From Klebsormidium nitens (Eukaryota; Plantae; Klebsormidiophyceae), in NCBI GenBank assembly GCA_000708835.1, contig DF237075.1, forward strand, positions 98,956-162,955: a stretch of DNA of 64,000 nt, written 5' to 3'. The translations under genes and the position numbers were made by a program. Below the pieces are notes generated by a model. That model ran no database searches. It saw nothing but the letters and a program-made list of their open reading frames with translations, and was not told where the DNA came from. Shown piece by piece: positions 37,631-48,444 of the stretch (positions are counted from its first letter, which is position 1; each line of letters starts with the position of its first letter).

Positions 37631-40600
37631 ATGGCCATGTCTCGAAGCCACGGAATGCTGCGAGTTGTACGTGGCCTGCCGCAATCCAGCTTTCTCCCAG
37701 ACAATCCCCTCCGGTGTCGCTCCTGGGTGAAGCCAGACTGCAGTGCCAACAATGCTGGCAAGACAGCCCAAGATGAAAGGCCCTGTGTGGCTCCAAATCT
37801 CGAGGGTCCGCCAGGCGTCAGCATCGTTGAGCGCTCCCTTGGGGACCGCCATCAGCCGTACTGGCTTGGAGTGGAGCAAAGAATGCTGACCCGAGCGATG
37901 ACCTTGAAGACTTCCCCACTCTGGGCGCACTCCAGTGCTTTGCCTGAGCAAGTGGGTGCTGACATCAGCACAGCCCCAGTCCAGAGAAGCATGCAGGGCG
38001 CCGCAACTCTGCGAGGGTTTGGCAGCGAAGCTGGGGCGTTGAGAGACGACGAGGAGGTGCCGGTGTGGAGGAGACAGGAGGCGAGCAGCGGGCTTATCAC
38101 TGAGGGAAGCCCCAGTCAGACTGCCGGAGGGACTAGCAAATGCAGGTGAAGCACCAAATGTTTGTTGGCCGCTTCAGACCTCCGCCCCAATCTTTGAGCT
38201 TTAAACTTAGTCAGGACTTCGCATGTTGAAGCGTCTTGGTATAGCAGACGCATGTGCCCTCGCGATCGCTTCAGTGCTGAGATGTGGCCACGTTTAAGGC
38301 CCCGGGAAGAATCTCATACCCGCTGCGAGAAAATCAGTCCGCTCATGCCATCGGTGTTTGTCGAGGGCTGACCTATACTTGGCAATTTTAGCGGCAATCA
38401 GGGGTTCAGTGTTTGGACCCCACCCCCATGACCTTGTAGTTGTCACAGGGACACCAGGGCCTAAGTCAGAGCACCCGGGCTTCACCATCTTTGAATCTTT
38501 TCCCTCAAGGGCCATCTATTTCTTCATCAGTGTTTCCCAAAAGCAGTAGCCAGGAAACCATCTCCGCCGGTTAGACCAGTCGTAGCTTCTATCATGCCCA
38601 TCTGATTGAGGGACCCTTCGATATCTTGGCGAGATCCGGAATTTTCCTCCCTGCATCTTGTTGCAGGTCCATCTCCTTTGGTTGCGCAACCATGCAAGGC
38701 AAGAAGGAAACAATGGACGACCGCCTGACCGTCCAGTTCAGTTTGCGCGGCAATCGGCACCTGGGCTTCTTCGGTGCATTTGACGGCCACGGCGGCTGGT
38801 CAGTGGCGGATTACGCGGCACACAAGCTGCACCGACACATCTTCAACAGCCCGCTCGCAGGGACTTCGCTTCCAGAAGCCATGATTGATGCATATGCACG
38901 GACAGATGAGGTGAGCCTAGCTCTTGGGAATTGGTATTGAAGCCCATTGAAAAATGTCTAAAGCTAGTGCTCACTTATCATCCCATGCCTGGTGCTTGTC
39001 CCCGTGATAGGATTTTTCCTACCACAGACAATTTCACTCTTCACGCTTGGCCTCCCTTGGTAATTCTCAGACTTCAAAGACCGCCGAGGCCTATTCCTCC
39101 CTGCTTCTTCAGATCTCAATTCCCAAAACTTCAGAACATCTCACCTTCGAAACCTCTGTGATCCCTTCGTGTGTATCGCCCTCGATCTTCAAAGTCTGTC
39201 GACCTCAGGACCCTATCAGTGCCAGCACCTCAGCCCCTCAGCCCCGTCAAACCCCCGAACCATCAGAACCCTCAAAACTCAAACCCTGTACAGGAGGTGC
39301 TGTGTTACTCGGACAAATCCCCGATGACTACATTCCTTGATTTGTGAAGCCCTTGCTCTCAGGACCACAGCATCACCTTGATCCCAGCCCCTCAGCCCTT
39401 TGTAAACCCCTAAACCTTCCTAAACCTCAAACTTCAAACCCCGTACAGGAGGTACTAATCGTTCCAAATCCCGGGGCGACTCCTCAGAGACTACGGCCCT
39501 TAAAGCCCTTTGCCTCCAGGACCTCAGCCTCACTTTAACCTCCGCCCCTCAGAGCCCTTTGCCCCCAGGACCCCAGCCTCACTTCAATCTCAGCCCCTCA
39601 GCCCTTGTGAACAGCTAACCCTCCATAATCTTACAAGAATCAAACCCTGTACAGGAGGTGCTGACATTCCCCGGGTGACCTCGGCCCTTTGATTCTTGAA
39701 GCCCTACTCCCTCAGGACCCCAGCCTTACTGAAACCCCAGCTCCTAGGCCCCATCAAACCCAGAATCTTTTCAAACCCTCAAAACCCAAACCCTGTACAG
39801 GAGGTTCTGACGTTCCCCGGGCGACTTGCCGGCGAATACGGTCCGGACCTGGTGGGCTCCACGGCAACCACAGCGGTGGTTGACTTGGGGCGTGGCCAGC
39901 TGGTCGTGGGCAACGTGGGCGATTCGCGGGCGGTGCTCTGCCGGGCGGGGCGCGCGGTTCGACTGACGGCAGAGCACACGGTGACGGAGGAGAGCGAGCG
40001 GGAGCGAATTGAGGGGAGCGGGGGCGACGTGGTGGCAGGGAGGGTGGGTGCACGAGTCGTGATTCTGCTTGCACTTCTTAGGTCACATGAGTAAGCGCGT
40101 GCGTTCTGTCCTTGTTCAAGAGTTAGGTTGAACGACATACATCCGTAGAGCGGTCTGATCTTGGATTCATTTTCAGGTTGAACGACATACATATATAGAG
40201 CGGTCTGATGTTGGAAGATTTGGAACCAAAAGTCGGTCTTTCAATGGAGCATTGTACGCAGTTGAGTTGCATTGGCGCTCTACGTTAGCTAACGAAAGCG
40301 GCCGACCATGGGTGATTGAAGTTCCACTTTGATTTTGCTACTCGGAAGCATAAAAGAAGAGAGATAGCTCTCCTGTGGTATGGATGATGTGGATCCGTGC
40401 GAAAGGGAGCTACCTTGAGAAGCGTTGGGCGTCTGGATGGCGACCGAGGAGTGGTCCCCCTTCATCGTGACAGTTCTATCGGGAAACACGTCTCCGATTC
40501 CACAATAGCCTCGCTGACTGTAGGAGGAATGGATACCAGAGGGGACTGCGCTTTGTCAGGGGCCCGATGCAACTGGTTTTGATTTGTGTTCTGGTGTAGC

Positions 40601-41574
40601 TTTTAAGGGGTCTTTGAATATGACGCACCCTCAAACCGGACTGTATAGCTTCTATGGTCGTAACACCGCCACAAGTGAAGTCCGGAATGGACAATCGCAA
40701 GCGACAGGATCCATGCGCCGCGCTTAATATCATGCCAGCACATTCTGCAGCGCAAAAGCCCAAGATTCGCGCGTACACCCTTCGAGAAGCAGCCTCCTCG
40801 AACAGACCACCCGGAGACCCCTCACAAACTCTGCTGACGTTCTATTTTTCCCTACGTGCAGTTGAGCGGTATCCTGAACGTGTCGCGGGCGCTCGGCGAC
40901 TCAGACCTGAAGCGGTGGGTCGTGTCGGACCCGTTCGTCCGGGAGCTTCAGCTGACGTCCGAAGACGCGTTCATGGTGCTGGCCACGGACGGGCTGTGGG
41001 ACGTCATCTCCAACGAGGGCGCGGTCGAGGTGGCGGAGCAGGGGGGGGATGCGCAGACGGCGGCGCAGATGCTCATGGAAGAGGCCATGATGCGACGGTA
41101 AGGCCTTTAAGTTCGATTTGCTTTTGAGAGTGGCTTGACGAGGTTGCGGGATGGCCAGTGGGAACGGATGAAGGCTTCGATGTCTTTGCTACTCTAGAGC
41201 CGCCGTTAGGACCACTTTTTCGAGAATGCCGCCCGACCTCTTCGGAGTACTTGCTTTACATAGTCCGATCATTGCTTCGTGTTTTTAAGCTGCGGTCAGG
41301 CATGACCTCTTACCAAAAAGCTGCTGTTAGAAGGAGCCGAAAGCAGTGGACATCGACGCCTCCTCAGACAACATGAAGAGGCGCTGCGGTCCCGGCGAGC
41401 GCTGTTAATAGGCGCTCTTTCTTGCGGTACATCCTTTTAATATCGAGGAGCCAGGAAGAAGTAGGCGCTACCAGATCCCGGGCGACTGGAAAATCTTGAC
41501 GCAGTGACTTTTCGCTTTGCAGGGCAAGGGATGACGTGGCGTGCTTGGTCGTCTATTTTCATTGGGCACGATGA
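37631..41574 (+). CDS. Protein phosphatase 2C (PPM family) with a long N-terminal extension (possible organellar transit peptide)
   Basis: Exons about 37631-38145, 38667-38910, 39801-40043, 40862-41098 and 41523-41574 splice in frame: SFGCATMQGKKETMDD, FFGAFDGHGG, GSTATTAVVD..VGNVGDSRAVLCR, GR|LSGILNVSRALGD, VLATDGLWDV, ARDDVACLVVYF. All metal-binding Asp positions are present. Confidence 0.88.
39200..39820 (+). repeat. Degenerate tandem array (four units, spaced 146-206 bp) of the PP2C intron 3' end plus exon start
   Basis: AAACCCYGTACAG|GAGGTDCT recurs with its AG at 39292-93, 39447-48, 39653-54 and 39799-800. Each copy is preceded by CAGGACC..CAGC..CAGCCCCTCAGCCC-like C-rich blocks. Confidence 0.85.
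40125..40214 (+). repeat. Direct duplication of about 40 bp (period 50) in a PP2C intron
   Basis: AGGTTGAACGACATACAT-(CCG/ATA)-TAGAGCGGTCTGAT(C/G)TTGGA at 40125 and 40175. Confidence 0.8.
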
Positions 41575-43024
41575 GTTGATGCGGCGCCTTTGTCATGGCG
41601 CGTCAGTGGTTCCTCTGCGGAGTCAGCGGGCTTTTCATGCAAAGAGGTGACACCTTGATTCCATTATTCATAAATCTCTCGGTTGCAAGTGTAAATAACT
41701 GTGCCTTACCGAAGTCTGACTCACCGTAATGATATCATTCGCTGCGCAACAAATTGTTGCCCAATGTTTGGGTGGAAGCCGATCCTCCCGAGAGGTTGAA
41801 CTTTCGGCTGACCGTTCCGATCGTTTGTGAGGAGTGCGCCTCCTGCAAGCGAGGTAGTACCTGTTGGACCTTATGGTTGATTTCTTTGACGGCCTGCTGT
41901 ACTACGAGCTTGTTTGATTAGAGACACACTTACCAGTAGTTTTGTATAAAGATTCGTTGTATTTGAATCAGTTGACCTTGACATGAAGCTCGAGAGAAAC
42001 GTGACATGCTTCGATATCCGCACTCGGACGCCTTTGCTTTTCGACTTCCGCACGCGCCATCGCATTGAAATTATGGTTGTGCACAGTCCGAGGCGGGAGG
42101 TCCTATCGAGATCAGTTTGAGGTGCAATTATGTGCTGTTAGAAAGCAGTTGTTTGGCCCGTTCTGCATGGCATGTCGGGTGTGTCAGATCATCTTATGGC
42201 AAAATATTGAAGCAAGCGTTCGCCCCTTGGTCGGGTACTGCTGCTTCCGAAGTTCTGAAAGGATTCGATCTTGCCGGTTTAGCTACTTGCAAGCGCCCAG
42301 TGACCGGGCTATGATGTGCACATGATAGGGCTGGCATCAGATATTGAGGTGCAATGACCTGAAATTGCCGCGCCTTGTTTGAAGAGTGCCGCCACTGCTA
42401 CACGGGCCACATGACCGTGCGCAGCATACTCACATGACGCGGACGCACATGCATGTGTGACCAAATAAGTACGTTTCTAAGTTTGCGTCAATATCCATTC
42501 ACATTTGCATGCGCACGCCGCCCTGGATATTACACTCGAATATATATGACCATATAATATCCGTATGTTTGATATTGCTAGCCCTGGCATGCGCATAAAG
42601 CTAGCACGGTCATTAGATTCAATCAAGTATTGAACATTATCATAATTACGACAGCCATGCATTCGGATCGCGCATGCCGTGCTCGCAAAGCATGCGACGT
42701 CGGACTTCAAGAGGCCTATGTCCTGTTGCCCTGCTTTGTGTTGCAAGAACAGGCCCGTGCATGCATATGAACCCGGCCGTCTGAGAACCGAGATGTTTTC
42801 TGGCTCGGCATGGTGGATGGCCCGGCAAGGTAAAATACGAGAATGTACCGAAAGTAAGCCGTTTCGAATAGTAGAGTCCCAGTCGAACCGCTCTTGAGCA
42901 ACTAACATATTGACGAACCGCGGTTCACATTCATGTCCGTCCTCAGTCGGTGCCTGATTCAAGCGCCTGCTGGTAGCTTGAGCATGGGCAAAGGTACACG
43001 TGCCGCGTTTGCCTTTCAATCCAA

Positions 43025-45036
43025 TCAAGTCCCGTCCTTGTACTTGAGTACGACTTGCTTTCGTCTTGACGACCTTCCAAACAACCGCATGTACGCCATT
43101 GTGGACACCGCTGCGAAAAGCGTCAACCTGACAAACAAGACGGAGATGACTCGTGAAGCTCTAGGTAGGGGCAGAAACTCAGGTGGTTTTTGAAGGTGAC
43201 CATATTGTTTCGTTTGCCGTAGGGCATCTTAGGCTGAGCGACAGACACGCAGCAGGTGGCAGCAAAGCCTTGATGACCAGACTTTCTTATGTGTCTCTTC
43301 TTGTCTTGAAACCAGAGAAAGCTTCCTGTCTTCCCTGCGTAAAATATCGTGAAAGAGTCGGGTGAGTGGAGAGCAACAGCTTTAATTCGCAGGTCGAGGA
43401 GACTCACCAGGTCATGGCGTAGTTGAGATGGTCCTGGGGCATGATCCTAAACTTTGCCAGTTCAAGGGGATCCCTCGGCTCCGGGTACCGAGCTACACCG
43501 GGTCTGCTTCCCACGTCCGAGGTCGCCTCTATCAGCAGAGCGTTGTCACCGATACCCGTTTCTCGAGCCATACGAGGGGCATCAATGAAGAACCACTGCA
43601 AGACAAATGGGCCTCAATCCTCAGAAGCGGGAGCCTAAAGATTAGGGGCTGAGGATCAGAACTGAGTGTTAGTCAGAGCACTTGACGGGAATACTCTTGA
43701 TGACAGATCTGCAAGGCGTCTTTGGATCAAAAAGGCAAACATTGCCTGGAGAAGGGCAGACAGTTGCTGCCGTCATAGTCTGTTGCTGCCTTGCTAGGCA
43801 GGAAAGCCCACAGCCCACATGTCCTAGGGAAGGAGAGCAATTGATCTGATGCGTGCAGGGGACGGACTATTAAATAGAGATTGTTACACGAGTGCTCGAA
43901 GGTAGAAGAAGGAAGCTTACCTCTCCCGCCTCGGGTGCATTTGGGGGCACAAACTGGCTCGGCTGGTCGCTGCCCCTGACTACGCCGCACACCGTCACTT
44001 TCGTCTCCCCCCCAGGTGGCTCTGTCCAATCATTTGGAACCCAGCCCCGGTTGACCAGCACCGGGGGGGCCCGTTTATCCTCCGGCATCAGGGGGGTGAC
44101 CACGTGAAAACCTTTCTCTGTCATCCCCCCAGGGGCAGACTTCACTCTAGGCCCAACAAATATCGACCGGCTGACGTCGTATGTCCCCGTCAGCTCGACT
44201 CTCCGGAACTCTAGATCTGGCGCGCTCTCGCTGCCTTGGGATGCGAGGAGCTCCGGCAGACTGACGGGGTCGCCGGCCAGCTTCTGCTGGCGCTCGGCGA
44301 GCATGGCGATCTTTTGTTCGCGCCGCTGAAGCTGCCACAGCCCGAGATAGAGCGTGATGCCACACGGGGCGAGCAGGACAAGGGAGGAGAGGCCCAGCTT
44401 GGGACCAGGAGGGGGGACGCCTGAAGAAGGACAGAATTGCTGTCACTAGCTAGCAGAAGAAAGAAAAGTGACAGGGAGTTGACACACGAGTTCAGGTAGA
44501 AATCTGTGGTTGATGAGTTGCAACACGGTATCCCTTTGGCGACATTGATTAAGAGGATACTGGGGGGTTGTCTGTATAATTGCGACACGCGTCGCATATC
44601 TATAGCGCTCCAGCTTTCACAGTGGCAAGCGAGGTTTTTAAGGAAGCGGTAAGCATCGCAGCCTGTGATTGTACCAGAAGAGTTACTTTCACCACTTCTT
44701 ATCATTGAAAATCGAATTCAGATTATAGAATTAAGTCTGAGGGACCGGAAACCCTTTCAACTTTGCACCTTGCTTGGCGGCACTTGTCGCCAGGCCCGCT
44801 GTCTGCTGATGGTGCAGTGGTGGAAGGACCCGACTCTGCTGCACCACGGGTCTGAAGACGGCTCCACCTGATCTTGGACCAGAAAGATTGGTTGCAACCC
44901 CAATGCTGTCAATCCCCAAGGCAACCGCCTGTACACTGTCTTGCTTTGCAGGAGTTTGGAGTAAGTAGTGATCCAGAATCTTTGCGGCCTGTCTCTCAAA
45001 CAGGTTTGCCCACCGGCGACCCAGGCGCAACGCCAT
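43025..45036 (-). CDS. SURF1: SURF1/Shy1 cytochrome c oxidase assembly factor
   Basis: Mitochondrial presequence-like exon MALRLGRRWANLF. TM1 LLAPCGITLYLGLWQLQRREQK, EFRRVELTGTYD, GFHVVTPL, VLVNRGWVP, GVVRGSDQPSQFVPPN, |WFFID, DHLNYAMTW|LTLFAAV (TM2). Confidence 0.93.
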
Positions 45037-45229
45037 CTCCAGAGCTGGATGTCACCCTCTCCTCACCCCTCAGGACGATCCTCCGTCAGTGGTGCAACCT
45101 GGATGCGCAATCTCCATCTGCAAGAAACGCAGAAGGGGCATCTGATCGCATCTGGTCCCCCCCCACACAACATTTCCCGCATAAAGCTGTGGCTTCCAAA
45201 AAGAGCGTGTGGGGGATTGCAAAAAACAG

Positions 45230-45301
45230 TGAAGACTAGGTGACTCGAACACCTAACCTTCCGATCTGGAGTCGGATGCACTGCCATTGTGCTAAGTCTC
45301 C
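45230..45301 (-). tRNA. tRNA-Trp(CCA), no intron
   Basis: Minus strand GGAGACT-TAGCACAATGGCAGTGCA-TCCGA-CTCCAGA-TCGGA-AGGTT-AGGTG-TTCGAGT-CACCT-AGTCTTC-A folds into a cloverleaf. T6 terminator at 45221-45226 and a TATA-like tract about 30 nt upstream. Confidence 0.95.
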
Positions 45302-45505
45302 TAGAATCGCTCAGAAAGCGTGCAGGCTTATAGATATAAACCTGTAAAGAAGGAAGACAGCTTTGACAAGGAGGAAGGTGTGGCACAAATATCCGGAGCT
45401 CCCAGTCCCACTTCCAAGCTACACAAAATCTGTCATTGTCAAGTTGGGGTTCAATTTCCACTAAAAGAGGCGCCCTTGAGAGACAGGAGATCAGTTTTTG
45501 GTGGC

Positions 45506-47372
45506 ATGGCTCCGCAGGAGAACAATTTTGTTCGTGCTCTTGAGGCACTAGCGGCGGGGAAGCCGGTGGCGGTCCTCGACAGTGAAGCACGGGAGGGGGA
45601 GACAGACTTGTTCATTCCAGGGCAGTTTCTACAACCTAAAAACCTACGGTGGTTGCGGACACTGGCGGGGGGAGAGCTTTACATCAGTGTGGGGCAGGAG
45701 GTGGCGGCATTGTTTAAGCTGCCGTTCATCGGGCCGGCGTTGAAGGAAACGAGCTGGGATGTCTTGAAGCAAATGCAGAAAGAGAACGACGGAATGTGCC
45801 AGGGAAGGTGAGGGTGTGACGCTTCCAGGCTTGCCTCTATATTCTTTATATGGTGGCGCCAGGCGGAATGTTTGCCTTGGCCCCTCCTTAGGTTTCTGAA
45901 AGCAGAAATATGGTCACATAGAAGTTTCTGAGGTTTGCTGGTTTAGGTGCTCTTGATCAGCCAATGCTGCAACTTGGGATGCTAATAAGGTTGGTGGTCA
46001 TGTTCAGTTCTTAAGTGAGACACCTGACCTTGGGTGCTGGTAATGATCTGAGTTGTACTACTAACTCAGGATGACCTTGATTGCCATTCGCTTCTGTAGG
46101 AGACAACGTGACAGCAGAGTCAGTCAGCATTTGCCAGCTTACACAGCAGTATATTTTTGGCCGATTTGCAAAACGTACTTAAGCTGGTGGTTAGCATGTT
46201 GCAAAGCGATGGCACTGACACCAGACGGCAAGGGTCTACTACAAGCCTGAGGAATCTGACTAGAGTGTGGCGGGTGCCATCTTACCCAGGCCTTGACGAG
46301 AGAAGACAGGGGACACTTTCTCTTCTTCTCCTCGCACAACGCTCCATGATTTGAATTGTGGGGCTGCCGACATACATTCATGCACTTTGAAAGCCATGGT
46401 TTGATCCTGGTTTGCAGCACACATATAGCGCTGAGACATTGCTAAAGTCATGATTCTCTCATTTTGTATCTTTGTATCACCTTGGGGAACTGTTCACAGA
46501 GTACTCTCTTTCCTTTACAGCTGCAGCGTGAGCGTGAGCCTGGACCACCGCAGCACAGCCACAGGCGCCCCTGACGTGGAGCGCAGCCTGACCTGCCGGA
46601 GGCTGGCGGAGCTCTACCAAGAGTCGTCCAAGAAAGGCCTCACGCCCGACGAGGCGTGCGCGGAGCTAGGGCGGGAGTTCCACACACCGGGGCACGTCTT
46701 CCTCTGTCGAGAAAACGATCTGGGGCTGAAGCACCGGGCAGGTCACACGGAACTGTCAGTTGCGCTGGCCAGGGCGGCGGGGGTGACGCCAGTGATGGTG
46801 AGGGGCTGGGCCTTAATGATTGGGTTTTTTGAGTCTGTAAAGTCGTGTAAGCCTCCCCAGGCCTAAGAAGTCAAAAACTAGTCGAAATGTATCTCTTAGA
46901 TCATGGCATGTGGGGGTGGAAGCTGACAATTCAATGCGCCAAATGAAAGGAAGTGCACTTGTCCTCTGAAATAAGGGTCCTGCTGGGGAACAAAGGCAGT
47001 ACTTGCCTTTAGACCCCGCTCTACTTCTCGTTTCCTGCTTTTCCACTGGATCGCTTCGATTCTTTCCGGCAACCATGATGCACACACATGACAGTATCAG
47101 GAAGATCTTTTGTGCCTGCTCTTGCATACCCTCAACGCAGATGCACCTGTCAAGCTTCATCTTATGATGTCGGATGTCTCCATCTGCAGGTGGGCTGCGT
47201 TATGCTTTCAAACGAAGGGGACGATTATGGTGCCCTCCCGCCCCGGCTAGCAGAGGCCTGGGCAGTCAAGAACGGAGTGCCGTTCCTCACAGGAGAGCAA
47301 GTGCAGCAACACATTCTTTCAAAAGCAAGCAACGGGGTACACAACGGGGTCTCAAACGGAAACGCACACTGA
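45506..47372 (+). CDS. ribB: Stand-alone 3,4-dihydroxy-2-butanone 4-phosphate synthase (RibB)-fold protein, archaeal-type, about 253 aa
   Basis: Exons 45506-45807, 46521-46797 and 47190-47372. Motifs LDSEAREGETDL, LDHRSTATG..ER, FHTPGHV, RAGHTELSVALA, AWAVKNGVPFLTGEQV. No GTP cyclohydrolase II domain and no transit peptide. Confidence 0.85.
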
Positions 47373-48444
47373 AATCCTTGCAATATGGCGATACTGTCGA
47401 GGTGAGACTGATGGGGTGCACGAGCGGAAGTAACTTATTAGTCTTATGCGTAAAACTACTTTATTAGGCAATGAAAGGAGAGATTAAGGTGTATGTAGTG
47501 AGCTTCAAGGTGGACAGGTCTCAAGAAACTTTTTAAGGTGCGCAAAGTCTTCCGGCAGCAATCATGGATCACGCGCTTTGACAGTCTCCTGGCAGGGGAG
47601 TTGATTGATGCTCGATTGGAGTCCTTTTCTAAAGATCCTCGAAGGAACAGCTTCGTGTTTCAAGTGCAAAGGTCTTGGTCGGATCCATTTCGAAGGGGTT
47701 GAGTCCAAGGTCACCGTACGTTTCGAGCTAGCTGTGCAACGAGGGGAGTACCTTCAGCTGTTGCTGTAGAGTACAGACTTATGAAGAGACTCGTTCGAGG
47801 CTGGAATCACATGCCAGTGCAGTGTCCTAAAACGCATGTAGCTTTGCATTCATGTGTTACCATAGATGACCATTGGGTGCTTGCGTCACCGTTGGAATGT
47901 TAGATGTCATTCGCGGGGCAACCGTCACCCGGGGCGTTCCCCGGCCATGGTCCTTGAACTTAGGCTGATTATACGATAGTATAGGGTCGCCATGCATGCA
48001 TGAGTAGAATAGCGCCGGAAGGCCGGACGCGACTCCGGGCAATCAGCTGTTACTGCTGCGACTGCAAACTCTTTGTTGGCGCGCAAGCCTACTGACCGAA
48101 CCCTTTGGACCAACCATTCTGCATCTAGGTACGACCAGGATTGCAGCCTTGTATTATGATGATTCTTAAGGATCTTCATCATTACCAGCATCACGAGCGT
48201 CGCCGTCGGGATAAATTGAGTTGACCACGTCACGCATTTCAAGTTTGATTTATCGAGTCACCTCATTGTATTGCCTGTATATATGCATGGTTCAATATGA
48301 TGAATCAAGAGCTTGTCGACAAGACGCGATGGCCGCGCAGGCCCGGCCTTAGTGGATCAGAGTCACGTGCAATCGACGTATTCTGACGCGGCCAGGACTA
48401 GGGTTGCGTTCAGTGGTTCTGGCTGTCGTATTTCGGCAGACCAA

